55,043 nucleotides of DNA from Candidatus Xenobia bacterium (GCA_045863235.1 BTUM01000053.1:1-55043), one strand, 5' to 3'. Shown: positions 26,843 through 36,481, numbered from the stretch's first letter. Program-made: numbers and translations. The notes: generated by a model from the letters alone, not told the origin.

Positions 26843-28438
26843 TCAGTTGTCGGTGGTGACACGCAGCAACTCTTCATAAGTGGTGATGCCGTTGAACACC
26901 TTGCGCAGACCGTCGTTATAGAGCGAGCCCAGTCCGCAGTTCTTCTTGGCCTCGGCCTCCAGCTCGAGCTGGGTGGCTTCGCGCACGATCATGTCGCGCA
27001 GCGTATCGTTGGTCTTGAACACCTCGTAGATGCCCTGCCGGCCCTTGTAGCCTGATTGGTTGCAGTTGGGGCAGCCGCGCCCTCTCTGCATCTGGGCCTT
27101 GCTCGGGTCAAAGCCGTAAGTCTCGAAAATCTGCTTCATCTTGTCGTTGGGCAGATGGGGCTCGGCACACTTGGAGCAGACTCGGCGCAGCAGGCGCTGG
27201 GCCAGCACCCCGTTGAGGGTGGCCGAGACCATGAAGGCCTCGATGCCCATGTCGGTCAGACGCGAAATGGAGGCAATGGCCGAGTTGGTGTGCAGCGTGG
27301 AAAGCACGAGGTGGCCCGTCAGGGCTGCCTCGACGGCGATCTGGCCGGTCTCCTTGTCTCGGATCTCGCCCAACATGATGATGTCGGGGTCTTGCCGCAA
27401 GAAGGCCCTCAGCGCTCGGGCGAAGGTCAGACCCGCCTTGTTGTTGGTCTGCACCTGCACGATCCCCTTGATGTTGTACTCGACCGGATCTTCCACGGTC
27501 AGAAGCTTGGAGTCGGGCGTGTTGAGCACGTTGAGCGTGGCATACAGGGTCGTCGACTTACCCGAACCGGTCGGGCCCGTCACGAGCACGATGCCGTTAG
27601 GCTTCTCGATCAGCCCTTTCCAGAGCAGAAGGTCGGCGTCGTGATAGCCGAGCTGAGTCAGGTCGACCCGCGTCGAGCTTCGGTCGAGAATACGCATCAC
27701 CGCGCTCTCGCCGTGCACGGAAGGCAGGGTGGAGACGCGCAGGTCCAGGTCTTTGCCGCCCACGGAAAGAGCGATGCGGCCGTCCTGGGGGACGCGTTTC
27801 TCGTCGATGCGCAGGGCAGCCATGATCTTGATGCGCGCCATGACCGCTGGCAAGAGGGCTACCGGGATGTTGCTCATCTCCTGGCTGAGCATGCCGTCCA
27901 CCCGGTAGCGTACGATCACCTCGTCCTCGAAGGGCTCGATGTGAATGTCGGAAGCCTTCTTGGTGATGGCGTTGACGATGATGTGGTTGGTCAGCTTGAT
28001 AACCGGCTGGTCGATCTGGGCCTCGATGTTGGCGTCGTGGTCTTCCTTCTCTTCCTTGATGTCGATGCCGGCGTCGGAGGCCTGGTCGACCAGCTCTTTC
28101 CAGCGCTGGTCCTCGCCGTAGACGTGGTCGATGGCCTTGATGATGTCGACTCCGCGGGCGAGCACCGCGTCCACTTCAAAGCCGGTGCGAATCTTGATGT
28201 CGTCGATGGCGAAGACGTCCAGTGGATCGGCCATCGCCAGCGTCACCCGCCGCTCCAGCTTGCCGATGCAGACCAGCTTGTAGCGCCGCGCCATGGCCTC
28301 GGGAATGATCGTCCCGACCTCTTTGTCCAGCTCCAGCTCCATCAAGTTGACAAAGCGGACGCGCATGCGCTTGGCTTTTGCCTGGAGGTCGTCGTCGCTC
28401 TCGTCGAGTTGGCTCGATGCCAGTTCCTGCGTTTCCAT
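26843..28438 (-). CDS. pilB: Type IV pilus assembly ATPase PilB/GspE family
   Basis: ASDIHIEP, PQDGRI, GPTGSGKST, LRQDPDIIMLGEIRD, TLHTN, tetracysteine CSKC/CPNC. Confidence 0.9.
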   Translation of the reverse strand: METQELASSQLDESDDDLQAKAKRMRVRFVNLMELELDKEVGTIIPEAMARRYKLVCIGKLERRVTLAMADPLDVFAIDDIKIRTGFEVDAVLARGVDIIKAIDHVYGEDQRWKELVDQASDAGIDIKEEKEDHDANIEAQIDQPVIKLTNHIIVNAITKKASDIHIEPFEDEVIVRYRVDGMLSQEMSNIPVALLPAVMARIKIMAALRIDEKRVPQDGRIALSVGGKDLDLRVSTLPSVHGESAVMRILDRSSTRVDLTQLGYHDADLLLWKGLIEKPNGIVLVTGPTGSGKSTTLYATLNVLNTPDSKLLTVEDPVEYNIKGIVQVQTNNKAGLTFARALRAFLRQDPDIIMLGEIRDKETGQIAVEAALTGHLVLSTLHTNSAIASISRLTDMGIEAFMVSATLNGVLAQRLLRRVCSKCAEPHLPNDKMKQIFETYGFDPSKAQMQRGRGCPNCNQSGYKGRQGIYEVFKTNDTLRDMIVREATQLELEAEAKKNCGLGSLYNDGLRKVFNGITTYEELLRVTTDN

Positions 28439-28453
28439 GGGTTGGCCCCTCCT

Positions 28454-30127
28454 TTATCCTTTGTCTGAAGGGGGCGGCTCTTTACCCTCTTCGCTGATTT
28501 TGTCTTTGATGATGTCGCGGAAGACCTCGAAGAGATCGGGGTCGAAGTGCCCGTCCTTCATTTTCTCCATGATCTCGAAGGCCTCGGCGGTGGTGAAATT
28601 CTTGGTGCGATAGACGCGCTTGGTGGTCAGGGCGCTCCATACATCGGCGATGGTCATGACCCGGGTCAGCAGGGGAATGCCGGTTCCATCCCGCTTATCC
28701 TCCTCGCGCCCGCTCTTTTTGTCGGGATAGCCGCTGCCGTCAAACTTCTCGTGGTGGCCGCGCACGATGGTCACCAGCTCGTCCATGCCGGGCACGTTGC
28801 GGAAGAACTCGGCCGACCAGGCAGCGTGGGTCTTCATGATCTCGAACTCTTCGTCGGTGAGCTTGCGGGGGGCATTGAGAATCTCTTCGTCGATGTAGAT
28901 CTTGCCCACGTCGTGCAATTCGGCCCCGATGCGATAATACTCTTGCTCTTTTTTCTCCAGGCCCAGCTTCTGGACGATCTTGAGGCCCATGTTGCGCACG
29001 TCCATCGAATGGCGGAACGTGTAGTTGTCCTTGCGGTCCAGGGCGATCACCATCATCCGCATGACGTTGAGCTGGGCTTCCACCGACAACAGCTTGTAAA
29101 GCTCGATGTTCTTCTCCAGGGCCGCCACCACGCGCGGATTGTAGAGCTCTCCGGAGCGGCTGCGGATGATCTCCAGCGCCTCGGAATCGGTCTTTCCCTG
29201 GTAAGCCCGGCTGCGCAGCATCAGGTAGTCGTCGGCCACCTTGAGGATCTGGGCTTCGAGTGGCATCTTTCGGTAGTCGGACTCTCCCAGGAAGCGGATG
29301 AAGGAGAGGTTCTCGTGCAGGTTCTGGTTGGGCTCGAGAATCTCCACCGCCAGCTCGAAGATTCGCTTCAGCTTGGCCTGCTCTTCCGGGTCCAGAGCCT
29401 GGCCGTGGCGTTCCTTGCGCACGAGTTGGCCGGCCAGCGAGACCTTGCCGATCTCGTGCAGGTAGCCGGCGAACAGGATCTCCTCGCTGACCATCGGGCA
29501 GAGCATCTTGCTCATCTCGCGGGCCAGCTGGCCGGTTTCTTTGCAGTGCTCGACTTGCTCGGGTCCCCCGGCTGCCTCGTTGAGCTTCATCAATAGATCG
29601 ATGTAGCCGTAATCGAGCTCGAGCCGCCGACCGGCCCGGAACTTGCCACGATTCTCCTCGCTCGAGCCCTCGCCTTCGAGCAGCGAGACCCGGGTGGCCC
29701 GCAGCCGGTCCATCTTCTCGGCCAGTTCGGGAATGCGCCGGGTCAGCTGGATGAAGTCTTCCCGGATCAAGACCAGGGCCTCCACATCATCCACCGCCTT
29801 GACGGTGGCCGAGCGGGGCTGATCCACCATGAGGGCCATCTCGCCGAACCCCTCTCCCAGACCCAGCTCGCTGAGAACCAGCTCCTCGTCGTTGACCGAC
29901 TTGAGCACGCGCACGTGCCCATTGCGGATGACATAGAACGAGTCGCCCATGTCCCCTTCCTTGACGATGACCGAGCCGCCCGGAAAGCGCTGCACCTGGA
30001 AGCGCTCGGCGATGGTCTCGATCACGTCGCGGTTCAGAGAATAAAAGAGCGGGTTGTTGGCGATGAACTCAGCCACGCTCGAGGAGGGCGTCAAGCTGGT
30101 TTCTATGTCGGTCAGTGACTCAGCCAT
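28454..30127 (-). CDS. cNMP-binding domain + degenerate HD + HD-GYP phosphodiesterase
   Basis: GEGFGEMAL...PRSATV; first HD module LHEIGK; second module LHDVGK...HHEKFDGSGYP...IADVWSAL..KRVYR. Confidence 0.9.
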   Translation of the reverse strand: MAESLTDIETSLTPSSSVAEFIANNPLFYSLNRDVIETIAERFQVQRFPGGSVIVKEGDMGDSFYVIRNGHVRVLKSVNDEELVLSELGLGEGFGEMALMVDQPRSATVKAVDDVEALVLIREDFIQLTRRIPELAEKMDRLRATRVSLLEGEGSSEENRGKFRAGRRLELDYGYIDLLMKLNEAAGGPEQVEHCKETGQLAREMSKMLCPMVSEEILFAGYLHEIGKVSLAGQLVRKERHGQALDPEEQAKLKRIFELAVEILEPNQNLHENLSFIRFLGESDYRKMPLEAQILKVADDYLMLRSRAYQGKTDSEALEIIRSRSGELYNPRVVAALEKNIELYKLLSVEAQLNVMRMMVIALDRKDNYTFRHSMDVRNMGLKIVQKLGLEKKEQEYYRIGAELHDVGKIYIDEEILNAPRKLTDEEFEIMKTHAAWSAEFFRNVPGMDELVTIVRGHHEKFDGSGYPDKKSGREEDKRDGTGIPLLTRVMTIADVWSALTTKRVYRTKNFTTAEAFEIMEKMKDGHFDPDLFEVFRDIIKDKISEEGKEPPPSDKG

Positions 30128-30185
30128 GGAATTCTCCGTCGTTTCCGGTTTCGCTTAATACTCGATCGCCAACCGCTTGTTCCTG

Positions 30186-32393
30186 CTAGAGAAGAGGAGA
30201 CTGCTCGTGCAGGGGAGCCGCGCCCGGGGCTACCTGGCTGACCAGGTTCAGTTTCGAAGCGGTCGGATCGACGAGCACACCATAAACTTTGAGCGGCTCA
30301 CGCTTGCCTTTGAGCTCGATCTCCTCGAGATACTCCATGACCACGTCCGGATCGCTCTTGGCCATCTCGTAGGTGCTCTCGGTGATCAATACGGGCGAGT
30401 CGAGCTCCTTGGACTTGCCCTGCATGCGCGAAGCGGTGTTGGTGGGGTCTCCGATGGCGACATACTGCTTGTGCTGGGCCGTCCCCAGGCCGCCGAAGGC
30501 CACCATGCCAGTGCAGATACCGATGCCGGTCTCGGGCATCGGGCGACCCTGGCGCAGCCACTCTTTACGCTGCTTCTCCAGCTCGTAGATGATGGCCGCG
30601 GCGGCTTTGCAGCCGGCGGCGGCGTGATTGGGCTGGGAATTGGGCTTGAGCCCGAAGACCGCCATGAGGGCGTCGCCCTGATAGTCGAACACCGCCCCCC
30701 CGAAGCGCTCGAGCAGGGGACCGAGCAGGGCGAAGTAGTCGTTGAGGCGGTCGATCACCTCGACCGAGGTCAGCTTCTCGGCCATGCTGGTGTAACCGCG
30801 CAGGTCGCTGAACAGCACCGTCAGCTCGGTTGCCTTGCCGCCCAGCACCAGGCCGTTGGTGGCCAGCAAATCGTCGTAATCCACCGGGGTGAGCTCTTTG
30901 AGGATGCCCTGCACGTTGCGGATCACCTCGTCGCGCTGCGCGATGCGGCGGTTGCGGGTCACGACGTGGGCGATGTTGACGGCCATGAAGGACGTGGCCA
31001 TGGCCCCCAGAGGGAGAATCAGAGGCCAGTCGATGGAGTTGATGTACAGGGCCCGATTGAGCAGGAACGTCATGCCGAATGCGGCGGCCAGGAGCAAAGA
31101 TGCATGTCGGAAGCTGAAGGTCGAGATCAAGAATCCGGCCAGCAGCGAGCAAGCCAGGATGAAGGCCAGAACCCAGCCCACGGAGGGCTCTCGGCGGAAC
31201 GAGTTGTTTAAAATACCGGCAATCGTGTAGGCGTGAATCTCAAGTCCACTCATCGGCCCGGCCGGGGTGCGCTTCAGGTCGTATCCGGCCGTGGTGGTGA
31301 CGCCCACAATGGCCGCAAAGGGCCGCTTCCGGGGTTGGCCGGCCGAGTCCAGGATCGGTTTGCCGTCGGGCCCCATCTCCGGGCCGATGAGGCCACCCTG
31401 GATCCCACGCAGGCCGCCGGCGTGGGTATCGGAGCTCAGGGCATAGACCAGGGGGATATAGAGAAGGACTTTGTCCAGGGTAAAGTTCGAGTCGCTTTCA
31501 TTGGCTTGGGTTCGGTAGAAGCCGGGCATGAGCTCCTCGAGCTGCTCCTGCGAGCTGAGGGACTGGTCTTTGCGGGCATAGCTGGCGAACTGGATTCGTC
31601 CATAGGTAATCTGGGCTTTGACCTTCTCGGGGCGCCCGTCCACTGATCGGGTCAACTCCATCGTTTCTTCTTCGCGGCTCAGGCCGGCCAGTACCTCGGC
31701 AGGGGTCTTCCCCTGGATTCTGGCGGCGATCTCGATATCCCAGGCGTAGTAGGTTGTTCCTTCGATGGTGACCGAAAGAAGGGCACGACGCATGATGCCG
31801 TCGTAGTCACTCCATTCCTGGGTAAAGCCGGTCCTTTGGAGGTACTCCTCGATCGTGCCGGTCATCAGGCTGTCGTGAAGCATCTCGACCTTGGTGGAGC
31901 CCAGGTCGATCACGTAGGGCACCACGACTTGCTTCTGGGTCAGGACTTCCTTGAGGATCTTGTCCGACTCCGGAAAGTCGGACCGGTTGAAGAACAGGAT
32001 GTCCAGCCCCACAGTGGTGGCTCCAGACTCGACCAGGGCGGCGACGATCTCCTGGTAATGGGCCCGGTTGATCGGCCATGTCCAGTCCAGGGCCTCCAGG
32101 CTGAATTCGTCGATGGCCACCACGACCAGCTTATCTCGCACTCGGGCCAGATCCTCGGTAACCCTTCGTTCCAGGTCCGTTTTGAAAAGCTGAAACTGCA
32201 GGCTCTGGTCAAAGGGCATCAAGAGGGCCCGGCGATTTTCGTCCTGGTCCAGGCTCAGTCGCAAGCTGTTGCGATCATAGGCATAGGGGACGAAGAATAG
32301 CAGCCCCACCAGCAGGCATGCCCCCAGGGCCCACAGCCGCTCGGAGCGGGTGTAGTCGGTGCGAACCAGCGAGGGCAGACGCAGGCGCTTCAA
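30186..32393 (-). CDS. CHASE2-domain class III nucleotidyl (adenylate/guanylate) cyclase
   Basis: CHASE2 (VVAIDEFSL...WP..R...GLDILF, DYDGIMRR, MSGLEIHA), 3 TM helices, FSDLRGYT, QGDALMAVFG, IGDPTNTASR. Confidence 0.9.
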   Translation of the reverse strand: MKRLRLPSLVRTDYTRSERLWALGACLLVGLLFFVPYAYDRNSLRLSLDQDENRRALLMPFDQSLQFQLFKTDLERRVTEDLARVRDKLVVVAIDEFSLEALDWTWPINRAHYQEIVAALVESGATTVGLDILFFNRSDFPESDKILKEVLTQKQVVVPYVIDLGSTKVEMLHDSLMTGTIEEYLQRTGFTQEWSDYDGIMRRALLSVTIEGTTYYAWDIEIAARIQGKTPAEVLAGLSREEETMELTRSVDGRPEKVKAQITYGRIQFASYARKDQSLSSQEQLEELMPGFYRTQANESDSNFTLDKVLLYIPLVYALSSDTHAGGLRGIQGGLIGPEMGPDGKPILDSAGQPRKRPFAAIVGVTTTAGYDLKRTPAGPMSGLEIHAYTIAGILNNSFRREPSVGWVLAFILACSLLAGFLISTFSFRHASLLLAAAFGMTFLLNRALYINSIDWPLILPLGAMATSFMAVNIAHVVTRNRRIAQRDEVIRNVQGILKELTPVDYDDLLATNGLVLGGKATELTVLFSDLRGYTSMAEKLTSVEVIDRLNDYFALLGPLLERFGGAVFDYQGDALMAVFGLKPNSQPNHAAAGCKAAAAIIYELEKQRKEWLRQGRPMPETGIGICTGMVAFGGLGTAQHKQYVAIGDPTNTASRMQGKSKELDSPVLITESTYEMAKSDPDVVMEYLEEIELKGKREPLKVYGVLVDPTASKLNLVSQVAPGAAPLHEQSPLL

Positions 32394-32404
32394 GTCTCAG
32401 GCCA

Positions 32405-33403
32405 TCAGGGCGGGCAGGGGGCAGCGCAGTGCCCGCCCTGTGGCGGTGGGCAACTCGAGGTCGGCGGTTGCGGATTGATCAAGAGCGGCACCCCGGTACC
32501 GCTCTGAAAACCGGTCTCGATCCCGCCTCCGGCCTCGGTGTAGGTTCCCTTGACGATCTGCTGGCCTCCTCCGGAGTCGGGCTGGCCGAGGATGTCGGCT
32601 CCACCGGTGCCCTTCACCAGGTCGATGTTGGCATCCAGCGCGCCGTCGCTGAGGTCGATACTGCGGGTCTTGTCGCCCTCTTGCACGGTATAGCTCTGCT
32701 GGCCCTTGCTGGAGTCTTTCTGAATGGGACACTCGGTGCCTGTCTTGACCTGGCCGGCCTGGTCGATGACGGCCGCGTTCCCGGCCACGATCACAACAGG
32801 ATCGCCCAGATCAGGCTTGACCTCGACCACGCCTTCCATGACGACCAGGCGGGTCTCGCCCGGCGCGGCCCCCAGATCGAAGTTAGACTGGAATCCTGCG
32901 CCAGGTGCCCAGCCCGTTTTGGCGTCCACGGGATTGTACTGCGAGACCCAGGCGGTCCCTCGGGCGCTCAGGACCGCGTTCGGGGTTCGTACCTGATACC
33001 GCCGAATCTTCTTGTCGACCGGTGCAGCTTTGGTTCGCACGCTCCCTTCGGGCAGCCAGACGATACAGCGCACCTCATCGGGATTGTCCAGGAACTCGAG
33101 AATCGAGATCAGAGTGCGGGGCCCTACCTTGCAATTGACCGCGCCGTCGATCGTGCGGCACTCGGCAACAGCACCGTCGTAAGTGCGGGTCCATCCGGTG
33201 CGCTGAACCCAGGCAAACCGGGCAACCTTCTGCCAGCCCTGGTCAAAGTTGTCGGTCGGAGCCGCGGGCAGACGGATGTCGACCAGGCCGACCCGACGCT
33301 CGACTTCGGCCACGTCGTTCTCATCGGCCGCCAGTGGCTGCAGGGCCAGAACGGCCAGGAGGAGCCACCGTATCACATGGAGGGCTTTCGGCAAGAAACC
33401 CAC
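32405..33403 (-). CDS. Exported FecR-domain protein
   Basis: Signal-like N-terminus; YQVRTPNAVLSARGT FecR motif; VMEGVVEV; start uncertain (GTG 33403 or 33376). Confidence 0.75.
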   Translation of the reverse strand: MGFLPKALHVIRWLLLAVLALQPLAADENDVAEVERRVGLVDIRLPAAPTDNFDQGWQKVARFAWVQRTGWTRTYDGAVAECRTIDGAVNCKVGPRTLISILEFLDNPDEVRCIVWLPEGSVRTKAAPVDKKIRRYQVRTPNAVLSARGTAWVSQYNPVDAKTGWAPGAGFQSNFDLGAAPGETRLVVMEGVVEVKPDLGDPVVIVAGNAAVIDQAGQVKTGTECPIQKDSSKGQQSYTVQEGDKTRSIDLSDGALDANIDLVKGTGGADILGQPDSGGGQQIVKGTYTEAGGGIETGFQSGTGVPLLINPQPPTSSCPPPQGGHCAAPCPP

Positions 33404-33470
33404 CCCGCTTCCTGAAGATCTTCCCAAATAGGTTGGCTCCGGGTTGGGGAATCCCTGCGGACCTGGGACA

Positions 33471-33502
33471 AACAAAAAGCCCGGCCATCTCTGGCCGGGC
33501 TT
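33471..33502 (-). terminator. Rho-independent terminator after the FecR gene at 33527-34465
   Basis: 11-bp stem aagcccggcca/tggccgggctt, 4-nt loop, U-rich tail on the minus strand. Confidence 0.75.
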
Positions 33503-33526
33503 GAGCCTGAATTCCCCTCTGTTTGC

Positions 33527-34465
33527 TTAGCGCCCGCGCCCGAAGGGGCTCAAGCCACCCGAGGAGTTGCCAGAGCTGGTCGGTCCGGTGCCGGGAGACG
33601 AGCTCGCGCCCGGCAGGAGGATCTCGAGCAACAAGCTGCCGTTCGTCTCCACGCCCGGCGCGATCAAGAGCGGCCCGCCAGTGACATCGTAGAGGTAGTT
33701 GTCGAGATACTCGGTGTAGAAGCCCTGAGGCCCGATGTTGGAGATGTAGTAGGTGCTTACCACCCTCTCCTGGTAGTCCGGGTCGGGCGTCAGCAGGGGC
33801 TCGGGAACGTCGCCCTGGAAGTGGAAGTCGGGGTCATTGTATCGGAACTGGGACGCGCCGCCGGTCGCCACCAGCGTGTCGCCCCGGCCCAGGGTGCCGA
33901 ACAGGTTGCCCTGAGTGTCGCGAACCTCGACAAATCCCGAGAAGACCTTCATCAAAGTGAACATGCCGCCCTGGGCCATCAAGTCGCCGTCGGAGACGAG
34001 CGAGGCGGTGTGAGGCAAGCCAGCATACGAGTCAGCCACTTGGACCAGGAAGTCGGTGCCGCGGGCAGCCAGGACGGCCGAATTGGTGCGCACCTCAAAC
34101 TTGTCGCGAGGCCTTTTGGCGACCTTGAAGCGGGCCGTGCCCTGCTTGACGATGGCTTCAGAGGAAGGCGAGTCGGGGTCGAACTTGGCCACGTCCACGA
34201 TGGTATTGGGACCCATCAGCACGGCACTGCCGCCCAGGCTGCCGATCTTGGCGATCGAGTCGGCCATCGTCTCCACCAGGCCGGCTGCCATATATCGATT
34301 GGTCAGGACGTTGACGGGCTGGTTGCTGTTCACCTCGTAGCTGCGCACCACACCCTGGCGTCGGACGATAATTTTGCGCTCATCAGCCGTCACAGGCCCC
34401 CACAGAAAACCGGCCGCCACCAGGCCGATCACCGCCAGCTTGCTCCAGTTGCGAAATGTCTTCAT
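33527..34465 (-). CDS. Exported FecR-domain protein
   Basis: Signal peptide; FEVRTNSAVLAARGTDF motif; VFSGFVEV. Confidence 0.8.
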   Translation of the reverse strand: MKTFRNWSKLAVIGLVAAGFLWGPVTADERKIIVRRQGVVRSYEVNSNQPVNVLTNRYMAAGLVETMADSIAKIGSLGGSAVLMGPNTIVDVAKFDPDSPSSEAIVKQGTARFKVAKRPRDKFEVRTNSAVLAARGTDFLVQVADSYAGLPHTASLVSDGDLMAQGGMFTLMKVFSGFVEVRDTQGNLFGTLGRGDTLVATGGASQFRYNDPDFHFQGDVPEPLLTPDPDYQERVVSTYYISNIGPQGFYTEYLDNYLYDVTGGPLLIAPGVETNGSLLLEILLPGASSSPGTGPTSSGNSSGGLSPFGRGR

Positions 34466-34571
34466 GCTGTCCCTCTTCTGTTACTGGTCCCCCTCGCGAG
34501 GGTGCGATCCGAATCTTCTTCAAGTTCGGGCCTCTCAACCTACGCCGGCCCGGTTCCGAATTCCTCTTTAT

Positions 34572-34605
34572 CAAAGAGAAAGGCCCGGCATTCACGCCGG
34601 GCCTT
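34572..34605 (-). terminator. Rho-independent terminator downstream of lexA
   Basis: 10-bp stem aaggcccggc/gccgggcctt, 6-nt loop, followed by a U-rich run on the minus strand. Confidence 0.7.
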
Positions 34606-34641
34606 CTATGGAGTCGCTTTCGTGCGCGCGTCCGCGCGGGT

Positions 34642-35226
34642 CTAAACTTCGGGGAACTTGCGAATTACCCCGACGACCCGACCCAAGATCTCCAAGTCGG
34701 CTCGTCCCTCAGTAGCTCTGCTTCCATTGGTAAAACGGCATAACGTCGGACGATCTCCGTCGTCGGTCAGCACCATGTCGCCTTCACGTGCCCCGGAGGA
34801 ACCCCGGTTGACGATCACCAGATCGCCAGGCATGATCGCTTCGTCACGATACCTTTCGCTGTCTACTGGAAACAGAAAAGATTCCCGATTTCCCACCAGC
34901 TCGAGCGGCAGGGAGATAGTTCTCTTGTTCCCATCAGGGTCGGAACCGACCCCGACAGGAATCTCCACCAACCGAATCCCCGTCCCTTTGGGACCATCCA
35001 GAAGCTCAATGCTCCTGGGTTTGGAAGGATTCCGACGCAGATACCCCTTCGTCTCTAAGCTACGAAGGTGACTGTGTACTGTCGAACTGGACGACAAACC
35101 CACCGCTTCTCCGATCTCTCGGATCGACGGAGGGAACCCCCGGGATTGCACCGACTGGCGGATGAACTCCAGGATCTGCTGTTGTCTACGACTCAAGCGA
35201 CTCTTACTCTGAGTAGATCCAGGCAT
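34642..35226 (-). CDS. lexA: LexA-like repressor with degenerate autoprotease domain
   Basis: Gram-positive-type HTH (RGFPPSIREIGEAVGLSSSSTVHSHL...KGYLRRNPSKPRSIE); C-terminal S24-like fold ending ILGRVVGVIR. Confidence 0.85.
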   Translation of the reverse strand: MPGSTQSKSRLSRRQQQILEFIRQSVQSRGFPPSIREIGEAVGLSSSSTVHSHLRSLETKGYLRRNPSKPRSIELLDGPKGTGIRLVEIPVGVGSDPDGNKRTISLPLELVGNRESFLFPVDSERYRDEAIMPGDLVIVNRGSSGAREGDMVLTDDGDRPTLCRFTNGSRATEGRADLEILGRVVGVIRKFPEV

Positions 35227-35268
35227 TTCCGGCCTTTACCTCCTAAGGGGGGGGTGCGATGCGTTTGG

Positions 35269-35298
35269 AGTATACCACCGGGGGGGTCGCCCACGCAA
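35269..35298 (-). promoter_or_regulatory. Putative sigma70 promoter of lexA
   Basis: Minus strand TTGCGT-18 nt-TATACT with TG extension; SD AGGAGG at 35239-35244. Confidence 0.55.
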
Positions 35299-35547
35299 CC
35301 GATGGAAGGGGCGAAAATTCGTTCTTTAGCTGTGAAATTGTTACTTAAAGTGTGTCGAACTTTACCTGTGGTTGGCAGGGGGGGCGCTCTGTCTGACTTT
35401 CAAAAGCACGGGCGGGGTGGGAAAAAATTTCTCGATGTAGCAAAAAATCTTTCCCAAAGTGCAGAGATGATGACGATCTGGTGACGGGCATCGGTTGAGT
35501 GCCTCAGCCGTTGCCGGTTCGGTCATTGGTCGGTCAAGTTTCTTCAA

Positions 35548-35590
35548 GAAAATAACAAGGCAGCCGTTCGCCTAAGACGAACCGCTGCCT
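35548..35590 (-). terminator. Terminator after the STAS gene
   Basis: Hairpin aggcagc-g-gttcg...cgaac-g-gctgcct followed by tgttatttt on the minus strand. Confidence 0.6.
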
Positions 35591-35649
35591 GCTATGGAGG
35601 CGTTCTGACGCTTTCAGGTGTCTATACTTTGAGTATAGGGGAGCGCAGA

Positions 35650-36003
35650 TCAGGCGCTGGGAACCAGAACCTTGACCGCTTCTTCCTCAGTCTTGAAGAT
35701 CTCGAAGATCTTCACCAGTCCGGTGATGTTAAATATCTTCTTGATCTGGGGGTTGGTGCAGATGAGCAAGATGCGCCCATCGTGCTCGCGCACCTTCTTG
35801 AGGGCCCCGATCAGGACCCCCAGGCCGGTGCTGTCGATGTAACGCACCCCTTCAAGGTTGATGACCAGGTTGTAACGGCCCTGGTCAATGAGCTCGTTGA
35901 TCGTTTCCTTGACGCGCGGAGAGGTATAAACGTCGATCTCGCCCTGAACCTCTACGGCGTGGGCACCGTCTGATATCGGTCGCGAGTTGACCTTGATGTC
36001 CAC
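35650..36003 (-). CDS. Anti-sigma factor antagonist (STAS; RsbV/SpoIIAA family)
   Basis: GEIDVYTSP, VRYIDSTGLGVL (phospho-Ser motif), IFNITGL. Confidence 0.93.
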   Translation of the reverse strand: MDIKVNSRPISDGAHAVEVQGEIDVYTSPRVKETINELIDQGRYNLVINLEGVRYIDSTGLGVLIGALKKVREHDGRILLICTNPQIKKIFNITGLVKIFEIFKTEEEAVKVLVPSA

Positions 36004-36110
36004 CTTACTATCCTCCTGTGGTTACAGCGCCGCTCGTGGGAACCCACGACCATCATACTCCGACCGGCCCCTTCGGCGCTACCCGGGCCCAATCGATCAA
36101 GGCAGCGTTG

Positions 36111-36383
36111 TCAGGCGCGCTGCTCGGGCTCACCCTCGGAACGCGTCGTTTTGCGGCGCTCGTCGTAGAACGATTTGCCCTTCTCGACCAGCTCTTGATA
36201 GTCTTCCTTCAGATCGGCTGCGAAATCGGAAGCCCGCTCCTGCATGTCCTTGGCCGTCTCGCGCAGCAACTGGCGGGTTTTCTGGCCCGACTGGGGAGCC
36301 AGAATGACGGCGACGGAGGCACCGATCACCGCTCCGACCAGAAGTCCGAAAGCGAAACCGATTCCTTCTCTGCGATTCTCCAT
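36111..36383 (-). CDS. YtxH-domain protein
   Basis: FAFGLLVGAVIGASVAVILAPQSGQKTRQLL signature. Confidence 0.85.
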   Translation of the reverse strand: MENRREGIGFAFGLLVGAVIGASVAVILAPQSGQKTRQLLRETAKDMQERASDFAADLKEDYQELVEKGKSFYDERRKTTRSEGEPEQRA

Positions 36384-36481
36384 CAGGGCCACCTTCCTTT
36401 ACCGAACGCTCGCTCAGCGAACAGACAAACTGTTGAACTCGGCCCGGCTTCGAAGTGCCCGAAGACGAATCCTTCCCCAAA

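Noticed and set aside
35312..35324. SOS-box-like GAAA-N4-GTTC upstream of lexA
   Set aside because: Single site with a mismatch, upstream of the -35; could easily be chance.
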